64,000 nucleotides of DNA from Eledone cirrhosa (GCA_964016885.1 OZ024741.1:206646001-206710000), one strand, 5' to 3'. Positions 13,719-27,906 are shown, counted from the first letter of the stretch. Translations and numbers: made by a program. Notes: a model not told the origin generated them from the letters alone.

Positions 13719-16489
13719 ATTTATAACAAGCTTTAAGTTAATCTCTTATGTGCTTCTGTAAACAAAGGAACATTTTTTTTATAACTTTGCTATGGGAACG
13801 AAAACATGATCTCATGAGTGTGAACTGAACTGTTAAATATTCGGCGGTTGAGCCCTTAGCAGTGGAGACCTCTGGTGACCCGGGCCTAGGGCTACCTCCC
13901 AACTATTCGGCTATATGGCATTTTTTATATCTCTTGCTGTCTTAAAGACAGCAGAAGCGTTACAGAATTTGACCTACATAACATTTTAAAATAATGGATT
14001 TCTTTATTTGAACTGCTGAAAATCTGTAGTATATCCTATCAATTTCCAGCCAAATGTCACTGTGAAATATTGTGTGAAGAACTTTAATAGCAACTGGAGA
14101 ATAAACAGTAATAGTTCACAATAAGAACAGAAACTATTTTCAATATAAATTAGCATCTATGAGTTTCTTTAAAATTCTAGATCCATCCTGGGTTTGAACA
14201 TAATACTATTTTTTTTTAATTTATTTCATATTATTGAAAAGAAATATGTTTTTTTTTTATTTCTCTCATAATTCTTATTCATGTAATGTTGCAATCACTT
14301 TTTCATATTCTCAGGGAGTAAATTATCGTCTTTCTGCAACATTATTTCATCTAAAATGTTCATAAAGATGGCATTTTCACTATGAATTATTGCTTATAAC
14401 AACTTTCAATGTGCAATTTCGTTTCTACAAGACAATCACGATGATGTTGGCAAGTGCTATTGTTTAAAAGTTGTTGCCAAAATGATTACATTCAGGAAAT
14501 TTAAATCTTATGATATGATTTACATCTACAATATATCATGAAGGTAATATGATTGCAAATTTGGCATACTTCATTTTACTTTAAATTAATAGGAAGTGGT
14601 TACTATTAATATATGTTTTTGTACCAGCTACATTTGTTTAGGGGCAAATGAACATCACAATATCATTTATATATATATATATACTTACAACAATATTCAT
14701 AGATATATGTCTGTGTCAGATGAGCTAATAAAAGAGCCTCTACGTGATCATTTGGTATGCTAGGAATAGCAGCCAAAGCTCCTTCAAATTAATCACATTA
14801 CTCTCTTATATAGAGCTCAATGCATTAGATCATTTATTTCGAGATATCCCTGAAAAGATAGAATGCTTACAGTTGAAATGTCTTTGAACATAAGACAGCA
14901 AAATCAATGCTGATTTGAGGCTAAGCAAAAACAATTACAATAACTAAAATGTTTTAATTGATCTAAAAAGTATGTATTTATAAGAGGAAAGTTTTATAAA
15001 ATACCAATACTATTCTCTCTGGAATAAATAGTTCATGCTAAGTACAGAAGATTGCTTTGATCTTTCATCAATGTGGGTTGAGATTGGTAAAACTGCCACG
15101 TTACACATTTCGAAATTACTTTATACTACTTTTTTTATTTTGTATTGTTTCGATTTTACTCTTTGTTAGCACTTTTTATGGCGCTATTACTACGCCACAC
15201 ACAGTAGCGTTGAACTTTAACAGAACTAAGTAGGACGTCTTGGAAAGCCGCCATTTTCAATAATATTACAATAGTTGATTAATAGAAATATTTCGCTGAG
15301 AACGAAATAGTTGATAGAGAAATTTAAAACAAAAAGTAATGAGTTATTTAGGATTTGCTATTTAAAACATTGTAAATTACTATATGAAATCCAGGGCATA
15401 GAGCCATAATTGTCCAATATTTAGAAGAAGACTGAACGGCGTGCAGAAATTAGGTGCAGTTATTGGATAACAAATCTCAACAAAGGACAAAACTTCTCCC
15501 ACTCATTGGCAAGGATCTGATGGTTATTATAGAATACAAAATAATTAAATTCTTTCGGGTTCCGTTTGAAATTCTACAGGTCAATGTGTATTAGAAAATA
15601 ATTCCAGGGAAACAAAATCTCTTTTTCTGGGGAAGGTGGTAAAATTTATTCCGGAGTATTCTGAACGCGTTGAATGATCTTTTTTGGCGTCTAGCTGGTG
15701 GCTCGAGCACACCGTAAACTAAATCACCTTTAATCATCTTTACGTTTGCAATAAATATACATTGGAGTATATAGTTCTTTAATCACATTTACGTCTTCTA
15801 TAGAGATACATTGGACAGTATAGTTAATTACAACAAAATGGAATGATATTTATTTCTACCCTTTAGTCAGAGATCCACAATTTTTACTTGGTTGCTAAAA
15901 CTGGTGGGAAATAGGGGAAGTCATTCTCAAAATGGAGACCTGTCTTATTGCTTGCAACATAGTAAATGCCACTAAAGACATCAAATATCGCAAATCATTG
16001 TGTCCCACGGTGATGGTTTTAAACTGAAATCTGCCTATTATCAGTGCTGAACAACAACAGAAACAACGACAAATAATACAACAGCAAAGAAAACAATAGT
16101 AGCATCAACAACAAAAATTGCAATGCTATTTTAAATATCTTCAATTCTTATAAACCCGCGTATTTTATGAATTTATACACAAGTTAATGAATGTTGCAAT
16201 GGCCACGTCGATAGAGTAAGCAAACACTTAAACACATGCAACATTCCAGCTTGTATTCATTCATGCTAATCAAGCCCTATTTAATAAATTATTGCTTTCA
16301 CTAGTAATAAAGCATAGGGATCATAGGTCTGATGAAATGATTAAACCTTTGACTGAATACCAAAAATTCATTATAGTGATTACTTTGTTATTAATTTCAT
16401 AATATTCTGGTTTCATAAATAGAATATTGGTTTCTGAGAATTGATGGTTTATAAAAATGGATACATTTATTGATGTCTTGACACTCTCT

Positions 16490-16631
<142 letters not shown>

Positions 16632-16773
16632 GTCTGCGTATGAGCGGCGTGTGTGCGTGTGTGCGTATGTGCATGCCGGTATGTCTCTTTATATATCTCT
16701 CTTTACACGCGATACACATACACACATATTCATATCTATGTATATATACAGTATATATATATATTATATATAT

Positions 16774-16834
<61 letters not shown>

Positions 16835-16839
<5 letters not shown>

Positions 16840-17467
16840 TAAATTAGCGAGAATCGTTTTCAGCTCAGGAATTAACGAAAATCAACGTCCGATATGTGTG
16901 GCAAGCGCTCGATGAATCATATGAATCAGAGCTACAACATACGTTAAGGGCCAAACACACTGAGATGATGGTTAAACATATCATCCGCACAGCCAAAACA
17001 AAACGACCAAGTAATTCGGGTCAAACAATAAAAAATATATGTGTTGATACTTTCCCGGACCCTGGACTGATGGTAAAATCCAGTATTGGTTTCTGCGACT
17101 CCAAATCAGGTACTGTCCGCCTACATAAAGAATGTTGGGCTTCTGGTGAGATGATGAACAAGGCAGTCGTGTTATCAACGGGTTTTGCTCCAAGATGCTA
17201 TAGATAGTGTGGCTATTACTGACCCCTCGTGGGATTCAGCAAGGGAGGTAACACCTCTATTAAGCGAATGATTCAGTTGTGTATTATTGCGAGAATGCAA
17301 AATATCACAAATCGAATAAAGCTCTCGACAGAATGGTTAAATATAACAGAGCAATTCAACAGTCAATATAAGTAACTGAAAAAATCAATAAAATTAACTG
17401 CTCAATAGCTAGACTCTGGAGATTAATACAAATATAAATTAGCGAGAATCGTTTTCAGCTCAGGAAT

Positions 17468-17468
<1 letters not shown>
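16835..17468. repeat. Non-coding 1.07-mer (595-bp period) in (TA)n
   Basis: 39-bp direct repeat aaatataaattagcgagaatcgttttcagctcaggaatt at 16835 and 17430. Confidence 0.75.
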
Positions 17469-17561
<93 letters not shown>

Positions 17562-17566
<5 letters not shown>

Positions 17567-18190
17567 AGTATGTATACGTACATACATATATGTATACAGA
17601 CGTACAGTAGTATAAATATATATATATAAGTATGTATACGTACATACATATATATGTACGTATGGATTTACCGAACATTTATTATAATTCTCGGTGTGTT
17701 TGAAAACAAACATCCCGAATTAAGCCGTACAATGTTTAGAAACCTTCGTTACCCTTTTGTACAACACTGACAAAGGAACGATGTACTAGTTTCAAGCTTA
17801 TTAGCTATCGTCAGCACCGTATACCTTCCTGCCAGATGATTGAACGTCTGAAAACATATAACGTCTTATGCATATTAAGTGTTCCTTTGTCAGTGTTGAA
17901 CAAAAGAGCAACGATGGTTGCTAGACACTGTACGGCTTAATTCGGGATGTTTGTTTACAAACACACCGATCATTATAATAATTGTTTCTACTTTAGGTAC
18001 AAGGCCAGCAATTACCCAGTGCATTACTGGTACTTTATTTTATCGACCCCGTAAGGATGAAAGGCAAAGTCAACCTCGAATGTTCGGTGAATCGATACGT
18101 ATATATATATATGTGTGCATGTATGTATATATATATACACACTACTGTACGTCTGTTTACATATATGTATGTACGTATACATACTTATAT
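17562..18190. repeat. Fold-back element with hammerhead in the loop and a truncated SINE (17979-18077) in the right arm
   Basis: 17562-17779 is inverted at 17881-18190. Confidence 0.75.
17778..17820 (-). ncRNA. Minimal type I hammerhead ribozyme
   Basis: ACGGTG-CTGACGA-tAGCT(aata)AGCTt-GAAA-CTAG-TA-CATCGT; palindromic stem III. Confidence 0.75.
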
Positions 18191-18194
18191 TTAA

Positions 18195-18347
18195 GTAACA
18201 GCCGTACTAGTCCGAATTTTTTTTATAGCGAATGCGAGACCTGATTAAGGAGAACAGGAGATATGGACGAGTAATATTCAATAATATCAAATTGTACGAA
18301 CTTATATGTCTCTTTGTCTTCTATTTTACCGAAGCATTTAATGACTT
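18195..18347 (-). pseudogene. PLE reverse transcriptase fragment
   Basis: [35 protein letters not shown] aligns with EVIGWFNKLDNKNKLKFIQFDIASYYSSISPSLLN of the PLE at 38 kb. Confidence 0.8.
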
Positions 18348-18348
18348 G

Positions 18349-18448
<100 letters not shown>

Positions 18449-18610
18449 CGTAGGTATGTATATTTATCCGTGTATGTATATATGCGTGCAGTTTTGTGTA
18501 TATGCATTTCTTTTTGTCCTGAAGGTATATATAAATATATATATACACACACACATATATATACATATACACAAACATATATATATATTTATATAGATAT
18601 CTATATACAC

Positions 18611-18676
<66 letters not shown>

Positions 18677-18694
18677 TTATATATATATATATAT

Positions 18695-19100
18695 ATATAT
18701 TGGTAAACGGAATAGAAAATGCTGACAAATTGTTCACAGTTGAAAAATGGTTTAATTAGGAATAAAAGAGTATTAGTGATTGTATGGGTTAGTATTCAGT
18801 TGTGGTTTTAAGTTTTTAAGTTTTTACCGGTTGCGCATTTCTAAATGCTTTTCAAAAATAATTTTGAGATAGAGTGTCCGTGCTGTTTGCTCTGATCAGA
18901 TCAGAGCAAACAGCACGGACACTCTATCTCAAAATTATTTTGAAAAGCATTTAGAAATGCGCAACCGGTAAAAACTTAAAAACTTAAAACCACAACTGAA
19001 TACTAACCCATACAATCACTAATACTCTTTTATTCCTAATTAAACCATTTTTCAACTGTGAACAATTTGTCAGCATTTTCTATTCCGTTTACCAATATAT
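18695..19100. repeat. Near-perfect ~400-bp palindrome between (TA)n tracts
   Basis: Arms 18695-18897 and 18899-19100 with a 1-nt centre (tctgatc-a-gatcaga). Confidence 0.9.
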
Positions 19101-19171
19101 AATAACTTGTGTGTTACACCTCTATTCTTTTAACTATATATATATATATATATAAATATATATATATATAC

Positions 19172-19235
<64 letters not shown>

Positions 19236-20050
19236 GTAGGAACTTTCACTTAATTGTTGCGAAACAAATTTGAAATTTGGAATTTAAATTTGGCCAGGTA
19301 TCACGGCTTTTGCCAATATAGGTTTGTTTTTATTGATTTATTATTTTAAATCGAGACAGGCAAACCGTATTATATTAATTAGTATTTTTCAACCTAGCTA
19401 ACTTGGTCATTTGCAATACGAACACATGTATACTTGTATCAGTGTTTATCCCTATCATATATTCATTTGTATTACACGGCTCGGAAATATTCCTTTCTTT
19501 GAGCTAATTAATTGTAAAAGACTATTTGAATTTATAATTCTTTATATAATATACATTTATATATACATTTATATATACATTATATATATATATGTATATA
19601 TGTGTGTGTGTGCGTGTGTGTGCGTGTTTGTGTGTGTGTGCGTGTGTGTGTATATATATATGTGTGTGTATATACACACACACACACACATAATTTTCTC
19701 GTGATCATTGGTGTGCCTAAGGACGAAGCCATTTAAAATGATTGAAGACAAGATGTATACACAGGCTCACATATTTAAACAGTACCATCTGATGTGACAT
19801 TACTGGGTTGTTACGCATTTCAGTAATTGTTTTCTTCTGCAATTCCTCTGAATCACACGAACATCTGTAAATCTGTTGCTTCACTGTCGAAATACAAGGT
19901 CATATATTTTAATAAATGCTATATTCATTAGCATCACTATACATTAAAAACACTAATACAGCCATGTCTTTAGGGCTCACATATAAAAACAGAAATGCAT
20001 GACACACACACACACATACTCTCTTTCTCTCTCCACCTCTCTCTGACACA

Positions 20051-20093
<43 letters not shown>

Positions 20094-21149
20094 TTCTGTA
20101 TATAAACACACCCATACATACACATATATATAAGTGTGTGTGTGTGTGTGTGTGTGACAGTGTGTGTGTGAGTCAACAAGATGAAAATGTGCTCTCTATA
20201 TAAACAGAGCTAATTTATAGATGTCAGTATATGAGTATGTACAAAGCCATAAACTAATATACATACATACATAGACATAGACATACAAACGCGTACTTCA
20301 CTTATAATGAAATGTATATGTAATGTAATAATAGAATAAAACCGTGTTATAATATGAAGGATAGATAGGAAAATATTAAGGAAGGAGCGCTGATATATGA
20401 CAGTAAACAGCAAAGTACCTAGTAATCGATAAACAAGCACAGCGACTGTGTCTACAAATTCTCTGCTGTATTAGAAACACATGTTTCTTACAGAGACTTT
20501 CAATACGGCTATTAATCTCCTTAGACAAATGTTGGAATGGCATCTAGCTAACTAGCTGGAAAATGGCCGTATATTTACTGCCCTCTGGTTTTTCCGTCGT
20601 GGATTTTCTCCATAGCTACCACAAACAGCTGCTCGTTAGTCATCTATCGGCACTCCACGGCTACCATACACCGCTGCCCGATAGTTGTCTACAGTCTCTC
20701 TATCGGTAACTGCCCACTAGTCCGCCACCATGGGAAGAACAAACACGTAAGTAGTTACCACGAAATGGCTGAAGTAGGCGAGGTTTAATAAGGTTAACTT
20801 AATGTTACTTTAGATTGTTTTAGTTATTATACACTTAGTATTATTTAATCCAGAGTCAGACATTATATAGCGAAAAGCAAATGAAATTTAGTCGATTTCG
20901 ACCGATATGTGTGAAAGTTTACTCATGACAATGGTGTTATTATGGAAGAAGCATTTAATTTGACAGATTTTTTTTATCGTTGATCTAATCAATTTTAAAA
21001 CCTACCCACATGCATTTGATGTTTACTTTCTTCCAATCGTCTCAACACTTGGTTTTTACTTTCAGTTTGATATATGTTTCGGTGTTATCGGACATTTATC
21101 ACTGTTCGGGAGTATGAATCATAGTTTCCTATATATTAGTTTACAATGA

Positions 21150-21520
21150 TAATATTTGTTTCTACATTCCGCACAAGGGCAGCAATTTGAAAGGAAAGGG
21201 AAAGTCGATTAAATCAACTGCAGTGTGTTACTGCTGCATTATTTTATCGACCTTGTGGCGGTGTATTGGCAGTATCGGTAGAGGGTCGGACGCCATGCTT
21301 TCCAGCATAGTTACGTCCCTTTACGGTCTGAGTTCAAATCCCGCCGAGGTTGACTTTCCCTTTCATCCTTACGGGGGTCGATAAATTAAAGTACCAGTAA
21401 TGCACTGGTTAATTGCTGGCCTTGTGCCTAAAGTAGAAACAATTATTTTATCGACCTTGTAAGGCAAAGCTAACCTCGGCGAGATTTGAAGCCAGAACGT
21501 AAAGAGTCGTAATTCGAACA
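21150..21520. mobile_element. Young SINE (+, 21257-21441) inserted antisense into an older SINE (-)
   Basis: 19-bp TSD attattttatcgaccttgt at 21238-21256 and 21442-21460, itself part of the older SINE core. Confidence 0.88.
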
Positions 21521-21648
21521 TGTGCGCGTTATATCGATACTAACAACTTACACTCAAAATGCTATCTCCAACAATATTAAACAAATTGAACACTAAAGCC
21601 AAGCATGATTAATAAATATATATATAAATAAACATATTTATAATTATA

Positions 21649-21700
<52 letters not shown>

Positions 21701-21704
<4 letters not shown>

Positions 21705-21948
21705 AGGGCCAGCTGAAAAGTTAAGAGGCTGAAAGATTGATAGGCTGAAAAGTTCATAGGTTGAAAGGTCCATAGGCTGACTTTGAAGGATTAATTCTAG
21801 ACCTGTGAAATCTTGTATGCATTAATTTCAACTCTTCTTAATAACTGTATTGTTTCTTTCCAGGGACTAGGTTAAAAAAATAAACCTCATTTGGTCATTC
21901 CATGAAAATATTTTGGTCAGCCTTGCAACCTTTCATCCGACCATCGTA
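21701..21948. mobile_element. Tc1/mariner-type MITE
   Basis: TA-flanked TIRs tacaagggccagctgaaaagtt / acctttcatccgaccatcgta; homologous to 45234-45432. Confidence 0.7.
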
Positions 21949-21961
21949 TATATATATATAT

Positions 21962-22320
21962 ATATCACATAAAAAACGGAACAACAGTGGTGCGACCAAT
22001 TAAAGTTTATTAGAATATTACAATTGTTTCTCTGGCGACCAGCTCGAGTTACGATCGATGCAATAATCCATTTTAGAAACTCTGCTTCGAATAATCGAGA
22101 CGTATCTGAGGATCTTGCGATTTCAGAGTCAGGTTCTATCATTGCATCGATCGTGACTCGAGCTGGTCGCCAGAGAAACGATTGTAATATGTCTAATAAA
22201 TTTTAATTCGTCGCACCACTGATCCTCCGTTTCTTATGTGATATTATACTCTTCTCTGTAAGAGCATCGAGTGCTCAAACGTCCTACCGCTTCCGGACGC
22301 TTTAAGCATCCCACACCAAT
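21962..22320. repeat. Fold-back repeat in (TA)n
   Basis: 21962-22065 is inverted at 22139-22243. Confidence 0.75.
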
Positions 22321-22351
22321 TATATATATATATATTAAAATAACAGATTAA

Positions 22352-22402
22352 AGTTTAAGCAAAGAATCGCTGCTTTCACCCTTAACGGGATCTTCTGAAA
22401 CT
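22352..22402 (-). ncRNA. Type I hammerhead-like motif (CAGAAGA core)
   Basis: AGTTT-CAGAAGA-tCCC(gttaa)GGGt-GAAA-GCA(9 nt)TGC-TT-AAACT; identical copy at 23235-23285. Confidence 0.55.
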
Positions 22403-22624
22403 AAGAAAATCAATCTGTGAACGCAGAAGTAAATATTTCGAAAAACGTTGCAACATATATATATTATTCAGTTGATGAAAGGAAGTTGAAAAAAAATCTA
22501 TCCACATTTTCGTAAACAGAAGTAAAGCACTCAACGTTATGTATTCCTTAGGATTTTCTCTGTACGTAATCAACCGGAGATATAATATAATAAATAGGAG
22601 ACGGTAAGGATGAAAGGCAAAGGT

Positions 22625-22713
22625 TAACTTTGCCTTTCATCCTTACGGGGTCGATAAAATAAAGTACCAGTAATGCACTGGATATTTGCTGGCCTTGTGC
22701 CTAACGTAGAAAC

Positions 22714-22717
<4 letters not shown>
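22625..22717 (+). mobile_element. 5'-truncated SINE with short 5' inversion
   Basis: aactttgcctttcatccttacggggtcgat...cctaacgtagaaacaatt, preceded by inverted gtaaggatgaaaggcaaag. Confidence 0.8.
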
Positions 22718-22787
<70 letters not shown>

Positions 22788-23172
22788 TTGTTTTGCAAGG
22801 TTTTTGATATGAAATCGTGTGTTTTGATATAAAATCCTGTGTTCAGAATGGGGTGCCACTCCTTATTTTTAAGTTTCTCTTAAGCTATGTCTATATTTCA
22901 GGTGTCTATAAGATCGTTCGAGGTCAGTCATGGTTGATGGATTTAAAGAAAAGGGTAATTCTTTAAAAGCTAATTCTTTAAGTTTCTACTTAGAGTGACA
23001 AAGGCCTAGAGAATTCTATAAACCAGTTCAAAATATTGAGTGCCTATCATACCATTATCTTCAAGTTCCTCTTAAGCTATATTCCAAATGTTACCAGACA
23101 CATTCACAAACACACACACTCACACACACACGCGCGCACCCCTCACCCACACACACATACATATATATATAT

Positions 23173-23217
<45 letters not shown>

Positions 23218-23218
<1 letters not shown>

Positions 23219-24665
23219 TAAAATAACAGATTAAAGTTTAAGCAAAGAATCGCTGCTTTCACCCTTAACGGGATCTTCTGAAACTAACAAAGTCAATCTG
23301 TAAACGCAGAACTGGATATTTCAAAAAATGTTGCAACCGGACGGAGACAGGAAGACGATACTTTGGTTCGTGGAAACGTTCGCTGGCTAAGAACGGAAAA
23401 AAACGAATATAATACGTCATTAATAGGAGCGGTGAAAAACAATTACGCGCAAAGACAGAACCACGTTTATGGTATAAAAGAGGTCGTAGACTAATGTTCT
23501 CTTAGGTGGTGCATAGAGACGTTCTCTGGCGATGAACGAAAAAAACGAAGATAATACGTCATATGTGGAGCGTGGAGAACAATAGCACGCAAAGAAAAAA
23601 ACACGTAAATGGTATAGCAGAAGTCGTAGACTAAATTCTAACTAGGAGACCGAATGAATCTCCGCTACGGAGTTAAAAACAAAGTAAATAAATACAATAC
23701 AGAAGTAATAGAAATAAATAAATACATACACGCAAACAGAAACGTACATACACAAGCATACGCAAAAACTTACCATAGGTAAACAAAGCCACGCACATAT
23801 AAATATGTGTGTGTGTGTAAGCGTGTATACAAATAAATAAATAATTATATAAACGTATATAAATAAATAAATACGTATATAACAAGCGCACACACAGACC
23901 TACATGTAAATACACGAATGTTTGGAGACGTAAGTCAACCAAAACATGAAGTACACATATACACACGCCCTATATACGTACGAACCTGCATACTCACACA
24001 GACGCAAAACTCCCGTATACACATAGCCGAACCATATGTACCAGAATATATAAAAAAATGTATACGCCATAACAATCAAATATACGTACGAGAAGGTATA
24101 CGTACCTTCACAAAACATACGGATAATATATACTTACCTATGCAAATAAGTAAAGGTAAACAAAACATATACTTAGATCCCACATCGAGACGTAAAATAT
24201 CCACGTATAGATCGTACTATCCGTTAGGGTATAACGTGGGGCTGTAATACAGGAAAGGTTTGTGCAATTTATGTTTACGAGCCGAAATTGCCTCAGATTT
24301 TTTGTTTAAGATGTGGTCTGTGGCGTAGAGTATTTCCAGGGCCTCAGCGGGACAGAGGTCACATGGTCTTTTATTTCCGTTATACGATCTAGCCCTCGCT
24401 AGGATCTCCCAGTGTAACTTATATTGGGTGTGGTTGTCTTTTAGACTCAAGATATAAGCTGAAAGTGACGTCATATTCCTTCTTAGAGGGTAACGAAAAG
24501 AATGGGTATGCATGTAAAGACGCTGCTTGAATCTATTGGCGGTTAACCCTATGTAGGCCCTACGGGACGTGGGTGTTACAACCTTACATTTGTAGACAAT
24601 GTTACTAGAGAGGCATTTCCCGGATAGGGGGAAATCAACCCGATTCCTACAATTACAGTTAATAG
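23218..24665 (-). mobile_element. 5'-truncated PLE: GIY-YIG remnant (24240-24660), 3' UTR and terminal hammerhead (23235-23285)
   Basis: NCNCRNRVDFPLSGKCLSSNIVYKC..AYIGLTANRFKQRLYMHTHSF...CDLCPAE; ends in (TA)n. Confidence 0.8.
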
Positions 24666-24667
24666 AT

Positions 24668-24720
24668 GAGATTCTACAGGACTAGAACTGTTTCATTCTT
24701 TAGAAATCATCAGGAATCTC
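24668..24720 (-). ncRNA. Type I hammerhead ribozyme
   Basis: GAGATTC-CTGATGA-tTTC(taaa)GAAt-GAAA-CAG(8 nt)CTG-TA-GAATCTC; damaged copy at 26557-26604 (+). Confidence 0.75.
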
Positions 24721-24725
24721 TCTCC

Positions 24726-24830
<105 letters not shown>

Positions 24831-24984
24831 TATTTACGTATCGAGAGAGAGAAAAAAGGGGAGGATAGGTGATACATATAGTTATTTGCCAAGTAGCGTA
24901 TACCAAAGGTGCTCGATACTAGTGCCGGCAGTATTAAATATTCGAAGTGTTAATATTTAGTGGGCTAGAGAGTTAGCAGAGCGT

Positions 24985-25940
24985 AAGCACGTGGAAAAGT
25001 AAGAAATCATAGATTGGACCGTTAAAACATGTTTATTTGAAACACCACCTACGTACGTTTCGCCCAAGCAGTATCCTCTGGATACTGCTTGACTGATAGG
25101 GTTATATATAGATGCACTGTAACTAGCCACAATAGCGTTAAACATTATATAGGGGTTACCTCCGGCCCGTTCAATAATAGTTTTCGAACACATCTCCACT
25201 CTTTCACAAATAAAAAATTAAGACACTCCACTTCGCATGCAGACTACATCACATCACTAAAGGACTTAAACATCAGCTTCTCCACGCACTGGGATATTGT
25301 CGGTAGGGCTGCACCATACAACTTCAAGAGGAAGTGCGATCTTTGCCTCATGGAGCTCTGCCACATCATAACTGCATGCCACGAACTCATCAACAGCACA
25401 GCTGAAACAGATAGGTTGTACACATCGCTTAAAAATATCCTTCTTCAGATGGGTTAAGGATGAGGAGTGAAACCGTGCACCGGATATCCCTGCAACAAGT
25501 TTTAACACCCCGGCGGGCAGGCGCTGCAAAATAACACCCAGAAAACTAACCATGCATACCAGACCCAGCCTCAAACAACCCAGACAAACGGATGCGACAA
25601 ACAAACGTCTCAAAATAAGCGTTGGTTACATGACCCTGTGCGTATCGACAAAGGTGAGGTTGTAACCGCATCTAGTAACGGATAAAAATTTGTCTGGGAA
25701 AGACTGCCCTATCACCGGCCAGAGTTACCTCCCTTGATCTGCTGCAAAATCAAAACACGCTATTTTTGCGAGCAATGAACCTTGACGTGAACTTAACCCC
25801 AAAAACTCTTTCCGAGCAATGTAAGGAACACTTTTGGTTATTTTTGCCCTTGAGAAGCCCAACTGGGCGAAACGTACGTAGGTGCTGTTTTAAATAAACA
25901 TGTTTTACCGGTCTATTCTCCGATTTCTTACTTATCCACG
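24985..25940 (+). mobile_element. 5'-truncated PLE with GIY-YIG remnant (25089-25457), 3' hammerhead and inverted 3'-end copy at its 5' side
   Basis: VIYRCTV..HYIGVTSGPF..HLHSF..CDLCLME; 24989-25066 is the reverse complement of 25863-25940. Confidence 0.82.
25846..25885 (+). ncRNA. Minimal type I hammerhead with U3-A8 core
   Basis: GCCC-TTGAGAA-GCCC(aact)GGGC-GAAA-CGTACG-TA-GGTGC. Confidence 0.65.
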
Positions 25941-26266
25941 TATATATATATATATATACATACACACATGTACATATATATATACATATACACATATATA
26001 TATATATACGCATATATATAATATATATAAATATATATATATATATACATATAAATATATATATACATATACACACATATACACACATACACATACATAC
26101 ATATATACACACATACACACATTCATACATATACATACATACACACATATATATACATATATATATATACACATATACACGTATGCATATATACACATAT
26201 ACATATACATATACATATATACACATACACAGACATACACACATACATACATACATATACACATAC

Positions 26267-26298
<32 letters not shown>

Positions 26299-26302
26299 TT
26301 AC

Positions 26303-26385
<83 letters not shown>

Positions 26386-26506
26386 CACACATATACATAT
26401 ACAAACACACATATACATATATACACACACACACATATATACACAAACATTCACATACCTACATATATACATAAATATATATATACACATATATATTCAC
26501 ACATAT

Positions 26507-26546
<40 letters not shown>

Positions 26547-26685
26547 TTGATACGCAGTTTCCTGATGATTTCTAAAGAATGAAACAGGTCTAGTCTAGAA
26601 TCTCATCTATATTAAAACTTTTATACTCCGCTATGTATTGAGTACCTTACTAACTGTGGTTACCTCCGATTCAACCCAGTATAAC

Positions 26686-26776
<91 letters not shown>

Positions 26777-26798
26777 TAAATATATATATATATATATG

Positions 26799-26889
<91 letters not shown>

Positions 26890-26945
26890 TTCATTTCTGA
26901 ATTTGTTTAGCAAGATTCTTTATCTGAAATATTGTGTTGAAACCG

Positions 26946-27789
26946 ATATTGTTATACTTTGGGAGGGTCATGTATAGATAAGAAATGTATAACCTGTAAA
27001 ATAAGCCCCCATATTAACTGTAAAACTAGAAATGTAGTGTATAGCATAAGATGTACAGAAGGACAATGTAGAAAGAAAAATATAGTGTACATACGTGAGA
27101 CAGCTCGTAGTATAGGGGAACGAATAAATGAACACTGGCGAGACCTCCAAGATAATAAAGAATCATCTGTGCTCTACCAACATGCTAAGATAGAACATAG
27201 AGGTAGACTAGAGAACATAGAAATAAAAATAGAATCCACACACAGAAAAGACGCAATGTTTAGGCAAATTACAGAGGCAGTAAGCATAAAAGAAGTAAAA
27301 CCAAAATTAAATTAAATAGAAAATATGAGTGGAACAGCAACATCACAACTTACAATTAAGGACAAAATGAAAACACACACAGGACAAAATCAAAACACAC
27401 ACACACATAGAACAAACAACCAACCAACAATAAATAAATAAATAAACAAATAGATAAATGAACACAAACACACACAGACATCCGGATGTGGCGCATGCGC
27501 AAACTGAGCACACAACACACACACAGAAACAAAATGGCGTAGGATAGAAGAAAGGAAAGGCACAGAAACAAAGGAAAGGAATCCCCAGTCACTGAAGAGA
27601 TCACAGAGTGTGTGACGAAAGGACTATGACTATATATAAACAACTATCTGGTTGTGGAACCAACCAACCAACCAGAAATTTATAAGTTTGTAATTTTGTA
27701 AATTTATAAATTTATAAATATATAATAAATTGAAGTGAAAGTAACTGGTGCGTGTGTTTCTTATTGGCAACATGACCCTCCCAAAGTAT

Positions 27790-27797
<8 letters not shown>
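26946..27797 (+). mobile_element. 5'-truncated PLE of a different subgroup: GIY-YIG remnant (26959-27315) plus hammerhead
   Basis: NCKTRNVVYSIRC...C...VYIRETARSIGERINEH...RQITEAVSI; inverted termini atattgttatactttgggagggtcatg / catgaccctcccaaagtataacaatat. Confidence 0.8.
27587..27631 (+). ncRNA. Type I hammerhead ribozyme
   Basis: AGTCA-CTGAAGA-gaTCACA(gagtg)TGTGAc-GAAA-GGAC-TA-TGACT. Confidence 0.7.
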
Positions 27798-27857
<60 letters not shown>

Positions 27858-27906
27858 AATAATATATTATATATATATATATATATATAATATATATAAT
27901 ATATAT

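Noticed and set aside
13838-13915. RNase P/MRP or HDV-like ribozyme
   Set aside because: Required conserved regions and pseudoknot pairings not found
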